A DNA stretch of 64,000 nucleotides. Origin: an uncultured Eubacterium sp. Lineage in GTDB: Bacteria > Bacillota > Clostridia > Lachnospirales > Lachnospiraceae. Position numbers and translations under genes: made by a program. Each line of letters starts with the position of its first letter. Within the stretch, counting starts at the first letter, position 1. The notes beneath the pieces are model-generated. The model had not been told where the DNA came from. It saw only the letters and a program-made list of their open reading frames with translations, and ran no database searches. The stretch spans positions 22,966-86,965 of the forward strand of contig CAJUIL010000014.1 of the NCBI GenBank assembly GCA_910586225.1, written 5' to 3'. Below, in pieces: positions 59,332 to 64,000 of this stretch.

Positions 59332-60224
59332 GACTCACCTCCGAACAATTCCATGACACGGTTCATAACGCTTCCCTCTGCCGGAGCCTCCTCCAGCTTT
59401 TCCGAGGTGCCGTCCTCGCGGATAATATCCAGATGATATGGGATATCTTCAGATTCCAGCCCCTTTTCTACCACATAATATCCCACCTGCTCTGTCAGCG
59501 GATTCCACACTACATAAAGCTCCCGGCAGTTTGTCTGGTACAGATATTTTGACGGTGCAAGAATCTGTATCAGGCTCAGGTCCTCCCGGATGCTCAGCTC
59601 CATCATCTCAAAGCTGTCGCTTGTATAAGGATAAGCCTTCTCCTGCCCTACTTCAATGTAAGGCGTGCGGTACAGCTCGCACAGCGTATCTTCTGAGAGG
59701 CTTTTGATAAATTCCAGCTTCCCGGCAAACAGCTTTTCCGGGATCAGATGAAATTCCACATTATGCCGTACAATCATGCGGAAATCCTCTGTCTTGACCG
59801 AATAAGCCTTTGGCTGCTCCTTTGCGCTGCGCTCTACCTGCCTGCTTAATTCCAACATCTGTGATTTTAGCAGCAGGTTGTCCGAAAACGGATTCAGCGC
59901 AATGCCCTGTACAAGCGTCGGATGGTCCAGCAGCATCGACACACACTGTTTATACTGTATTTTCAGCATTCCCTGGTATCTTTGTGTCTGCGGGAACTTC
60001 TGCATCGATGTAAACGCCGGCATATACAGATCGCCCTGCGAATTTTTAATAATATAAGGCTGGAAGCCTCCCTTTTTCTGCACAGCCATTGCCGGAACAA
60101 ACAGCTTTGTTTCCTGGATGGCATAGACAAGCTTTATGAGGTTTTCCTTATCCTGATCCTTCATATAGACCTGCATGGCCTCCTCCAGCTTCGTATTGTC
60201 GATATCGTTCATTTTAATGCTCAT
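59328..60224 (-). CDS. SseB-family protein
   Basis: SseB N-terminal domain-like sequence, about 300 aa. Confidence 0.5.
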   Translation of the reverse strand: MSIKMNDIDNTKLEEAMQVYMKDQDKENLIKLVYAIQETKLFVPAMAVQKKGGFQPYIIKNSQGDLYMPAFTSMQKFPQTQRYQGMLKIQYKQCVSMLLDHPTLVQGIALNPFSDNLLLKSQMLELSRQVERSAKEQPKAYSVKTEDFRMIVRHNVEFHLIPEKLFAGKLEFIKSLSEDTLCELYRTPYIEVGQEKAYPYTSDSFEMMELSIREDLSLIQILAPSKYLYQTNCRELYVVWNPLTEQVGYYVVEKGLESEDIPYHLDIIREDGTSEKLEEAPAEGSVMNRVMELFGGES

Positions 60225-60434
60225 GGCCACTCCCATTCCTTCTAAAAAGTATTCTAAATATTCGTTATATTCACAACCTGATTGTATTCTATAACATTCC
60301 CCGGCGTTTTTCCAGCTATTTTTGTATGTATTTCCTTAAAAAAATTTCACAAAAAAAATCCAGATATTGTCTTTTTTCCGGCAAAAGGTTATAATAGTGC
60401 AGGATGCTGTTAATTTAAGAAGGGAGTTATCAAA

Positions 60435-60941
60435 ATGCATACATTTCAACCGTACCCGATCGACTTAATTGAGTTTGATCCGTTTACAAAAATTGGAAGC
60501 GAATGGATGCTGATTACAGTCAAGTCCAAAGACAAGGTCAATGCCATGACCGCCAGCTGGGGTGGCGTCGGTGTACTCTGGGGGAAAAACACCGCATTCA
60601 TTTTTGTGAGAGAAAGCCGCTATACAAAAGAACTTATCGACGAATCCGATTATTTTTCACTCACATTTTTCGACAGCAGCTACAAATCTGCCATGAAATA
60701 CTTTGGCGTAGTATCCGGCCGCAAAGAGGATAAGATACAGACCGCCAAAATGAACGTTAACTATTATGATGAAATTCCATTTATTGATGAAGGCAATTTC
60801 GTTATCTGCTGCCGGAAAATGTCCGCTACGGCGCTTCTTCCGGAGGACTTCCACGACTCCGAGATCATGGATAAGTGGTATAAGAACGGCGATCTGCATA
60901 CGATGTATGTCGGCGAGATCATGCAGATCCTCGCACGATAG
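60435..60941 (+). CDS. Flavin reductase-like (FMN-binding split barrel) protein
   Basis: MTASWGGVGVLWGKNTAFIFVRESRYT motif. RBS GAAGGGAG. Confidence 0.75.
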   Translation: MHTFQPYPIDLIEFDPFTKIGSEWMLITVKSKDKVNAMTASWGGVGVLWGKNTAFIFVRESRYTKELIDESDYFSLTFFDSSYKSAMKYFGVVSGRKEDKIQTAKMNVNYYDEIPFIDEGNFVICCRKMSATALLPEDFHDSEIMDKWYKNGDLHTMYVGEIMQILAR

Positions 60942-60991
60942 CGCAAGCCGCAAGCATAATAATGTGAATAACCAAGGAGGAGGTACACACA

Positions 60992-61708
60992 ATGTCTAAC
61001 ACACCTATACCAACCCCGCACAACAGCGCAGCTGCAGGGGATTTTGCAAAAACCGTATTAATGCCGGGAGATCCGCTGCGCGCGAAATATATCGCGGATA
61101 CTTATCTGGAGCATCCAAGACAGGTAACCGCGGTAAGGAATATGTTTGGATACACCGGCACCTACAAAGGAAAAGAAATATCTGTGATGGGCTCCGGCAT
61201 GGGAATCCCGTCCATCGGTATTTATTCTTATGAGCTGTTTCATTTTTACGATGTCGACAGCATCATCCGCATCGGCTCTGCCGGAGGCTTACAAGACAGC
61301 TTAAAGCTGATGGATGTGGTCGTTGCTATGGGCGCCTGCACCAATTCCAATTACGCGGCGCAGTTTGGCCTTCCGGGGACGTTCGCGCCGACCGCGGATT
61401 ACAGCCTGATGAGCCGCGCCATCGAAGCTGCCAAAGAACAAGGGACAAATGTCGTTGTAGGAAACGTCCTGTCCTCAGACACGTTTTACAACGCAAACAG
61501 CAACGCGAATGACCTCTGGAAATCTATGGGCGTGCTCGCTGTGGAAATGGAAGCAGCAGCTTTGTACATGAACGCCGCAAAAGCAGGCAAAAAAGCGCTC
61601 TGCCTGCTGACGATTTCTGACCATATTTATTCCGGAGAAGAATTAAGCGCCGAAGAACGGCAGCTTGGATTTGGTAAAATGATGGAAATTGCACTGGAAC
61701 TTGCTTAA
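60992..61708 (+). CDS. deoD: Purine nucleoside phosphorylase DeoD-type
   Basis: VLMPGDPLRAKYIA...GMGIPS...MEAAALY. RBS AAGGAGGAGG. Confidence 0.9.
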   Translation: MSNTPIPTPHNSAAAGDFAKTVLMPGDPLRAKYIADTYLEHPRQVTAVRNMFGYTGTYKGKEISVMGSGMGIPSIGIYSYELFHFYDVDSIIRIGSAGGLQDSLKLMDVVVAMGACTNSNYAAQFGLPGTFAPTADYSLMSRAIEAAKEQGTNVVVGNVLSSDTFYNANSNANDLWKSMGVLAVEMEAAALYMNAAKAGKKALCLLTISDHIYSGEELSAEERQLGFGKMMEIALELA

Positions 61709-61716
61709 AAGCACTT

Positions 61717-61765
61717 TGGGGCGGCCATACGAAGCAAAATACATTTTTCTTCGTACGGCCGCCCC
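61717..61765. terminator. Bidirectional stem-loop terminator (GGGGCGGCCATACGAAG...CTTCGTACGGCCGCCCC) between deoD and purB
   Basis: 17-bp stem with one mismatch, between convergent genes. Confidence 0.7.
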
Positions 61766-61799
61766 ATAACGCCTTTAATCCCTGTCCTTCCCTTTTCTC

Positions 61800-63259
61800 C
61801 TATACAAAAATCTCCGCCTTCATACCCAGTACTTCCTGATTGTTCTCCAGCACCGGATCTACGACCTCTTTTAAAAACTTCTCCACCTGCAGCGGCGCGC
61901 GCCCAACATATTTCGACGGATCCATCCCTGCCTGCAGCTCCTCCAGCGAAAGGCGGAACGCTTCATCGGATGCGATCAGCTCCAGCAGGTTGTTCTCCAG
62001 CCCGTGTTTCTTTACATTCTCGCCCGCTTCCATTGAAAGCTTGCGGATACGCTCATGAAGCTCCTGTCTGCTGCCTCCTTTTTTCACCGCGTCCATCATA
62101 ATATTTTCGGTCGCCATAAACGGCAGCTCCGCCATCAGATGTTTCGTAATGACCTTTTCATACACAACCAAGCCATCTACTACATTCAGGCAAAGATCCA
62201 AAATACCGTCCACCGCCAAAAATCCCTCTGGTATGGACAGCCGCTTATTTGCCGAATCGTCCAGCGTGCGTTCAAACCACTGTACCGCGGAAGTGATCGC
62301 AGGATTCAGCGCGTCGATCATTACATAGCGGGACAGCGACGCAATCCGCTCGCTGCGCATCGGGTTTCTTTTATATGCCATCGCAGACGAACCGATCTGG
62401 TTTTTCTCAAACGGCTCTTCAATCTCTTTTAAATGCTGCAGCAGACGGATATCATTAGACATCTTATGCGCGCTGGCCGCAATACCAGACAGCACATTCG
62501 CAACCCGCATATCTACTTTTCTGGAATACGTCTGTCCGGATACTGCATAACAGTGTGCAAATCCCATTTTTTCTGCAATCATCGGGTCGATCTTATCAAT
62601 CGTTTCCTGATCTCCCTGAAACAACTCCTGAAAACTCGCCTGCGTCCCGGTCGTGCCCTTTGACCCAAGCAGCTTCATCGTCAAGATGATATAGTCCACA
62701 TCTTCCAAGTCCATCAGAAATTCCTGCAACCAGAGCGAAGCCCGTTTTCCTACCGTGGTCGGCTGCGCAGGCTGGAAATGGGTAAAAGCAAGCGTCGGCA
62801 GGCTCTTATACGTATCTGCAAATTCGCGCAGCTTCGCAATCACGTTTAACAGCTTACTGCGCACAAGCCGCAGCGCTTCTGTCATAATGATAATATCCGT
62901 ATTATCCCCGACATAGCACGAGGTCGCTCCAAGATGAATGATGCCGGCCGCTTTCGGACACTGTAAGCCATACGCATAGACATGGCTCATAACGTCATGG
63001 CGCACTTCCTTTTCCCGTCTGCGCGCGTCCTCATAATTGATGTCCTCCGCGTGTGCTTTTAGCTCGTCCACCATCTCCTGCGTAATGACTGGCTCGTTGT
63101 CCGCTCCCTTTAAGCCCAGCTCCATCTCGGTTTCCGCCAGCGCAATCCACAGTCTTCTCCATGTACGAAATTTCTTATCCTGTGAAAAAATATACTGCAT
63201 CTGGCTGCTCGCATACCGCTCGGACAGCGGGCTTGTATATTTGTCTGTTGCTTCTGCCA
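61800..63259 (-). CDS. purB: Adenylosuccinate lyase
   Basis: SERYAS.QMQYIFSQ N terminus and fumarase/ASL signature (GSSAMAYKRNP). RBS GAAAGGAG before MAEATDKY. Confidence 0.9.
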
Positions 63260-63301
63260 TAACTGCCTGCTCCTTTCCCTTCCTCCAGTTCCTATTCGCT
63301 T

Positions 63302-64000
63302 CTAACATTTCTTACGGTCATAATAATCGCCGCGGATATCCTCCTTTGGTGGCTCCAGCGGATATTTTCCAGTAAAACAGCCTTTACAGATCGAAAGCCC
63401 GTCCACCATTTCCTCCAGCCGCTCTACCCGCAGATAGCCAAGGCTGTCGGCTCCGATCATATCCCGGATCTCCTCCAGCGTCCGGTTGTACGCGATCAGC
63501 TGTTCCCGCTCTGGAACATCCGTCCCAAAATAACACGGCCATAAAAACGGCGGCGCGCTGATGCGTACGTGCACCTCAGCCGCTCCCGCTTCCTTTAGTA
63601 TCGAAACGATCCGGCCGGACGTCGTTCCCCGGACGATCGAGTCGTCGATCATAATGATCCGCTTGCCGTTTACCGCTTCCTTGACCGCGTTGAGCTTTAC
63701 GCGCACGCTGTCCGCCCGGAAGGACTGCTTTGGCTTGATAAACGTCCTTCCGACATAGCCGTTTTTCATAAACGCGATCCCATACGGAATGCCTGACTGC
63801 ATCGAATAGCCAAGCGCCGCCGCGTTGCCGGACTCCGGCACGCCGACTACCAAGTCCGCCTCCACCGGAGAGTCCATTGCTAAAAACCGTCCGGCGTTTA
63901 CCCTGGCATTGTAAACACTTACGCCGTCTATGTGGCTGTCCGGCCTTGCAAAATAAATATATTCAAAAATGCACCTTCCGGCCTGCTCCTGCGGCAAACA
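63302..64000 (-). CDS. purF: Amidophosphoribosyltransferase (C-terminal PRTase domain; N terminus lies beyond the window end)
   Basis: PRTase motif IIMIDDSIVRGTTS and a C-terminal Cys cluster. The frame is open to the window edge. Confidence 0.85.
   Translation of the reverse strand, partial: CLPQEQAGRCIFEYIYFARPDSHIDGVSVYNARVNAGRFLAMDSPVEADLVVGVPESGNAAALGYSMQSGIPYGIAFMKNGYVGRTFIKPKQSFRADSVRVKLNAVKEAVNGKRIIMIDDSIVRGTTSGRIVSILKEAGAAEVHVRISAPPFLWPCYFGTDVPEREQLIAYNRTLEEIRDMIGADSLGYLRVERLEEMVDGLSICKGCFTGKYPLEPPKEDIRGDYYDRKKC

Noticed and set aside
1-64000. CRISPR arrays or rRNA genes
   Set aside because: No regularly spaced direct repeats and no rRNA-like conserved stretches were seen anywhere in the window.

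Overview
This 64 kb window looks like Firmicutes (Clostridia-like) chromosome: roughly 50% GC with several AT-rich patches, and most genes on the minus strand. Housekeeping genes present: recQ, ilvE, purB/purF, deoD, clpX, two signal peptidase I genes, a YbaK deacylase, tRNA-Leu, ptsH and feoAB. Transport and regulatory operons present: a MarR-MATE pair, a GntR-ABC operon, and a cobalamin-riboswitch-controlled ECF uptake module. Accessory or degraded content: an IS607-family element (tnpA remnant, intact tnpB), a frameshifted PemK/MazF toxin-antitoxin pair flanked by duplicated non-coding elements, a mosaic transporter pseudogene, and a degenerate NmrA gene. The standout is an AT-rich island at about 40.1-46.9 kb carrying a two-gene operon. 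It encodes a ~1000-aa P-loop ATPase followed by a ~900-aa protein with a C-terminal adenosine-deaminase domain, which is the architecture of the RADAR anti-phage system. Other observations worth a second look: a lipoprotein operon with a G9 homopolymer in its promoter spacer (possible phase variation); a ydjGHI-like SPFH / zinc-ribbon / TPM membrane-stress module; and a duplicated strong promoter driving either a small conserved protein or an unexplained ~470-nt transcript.
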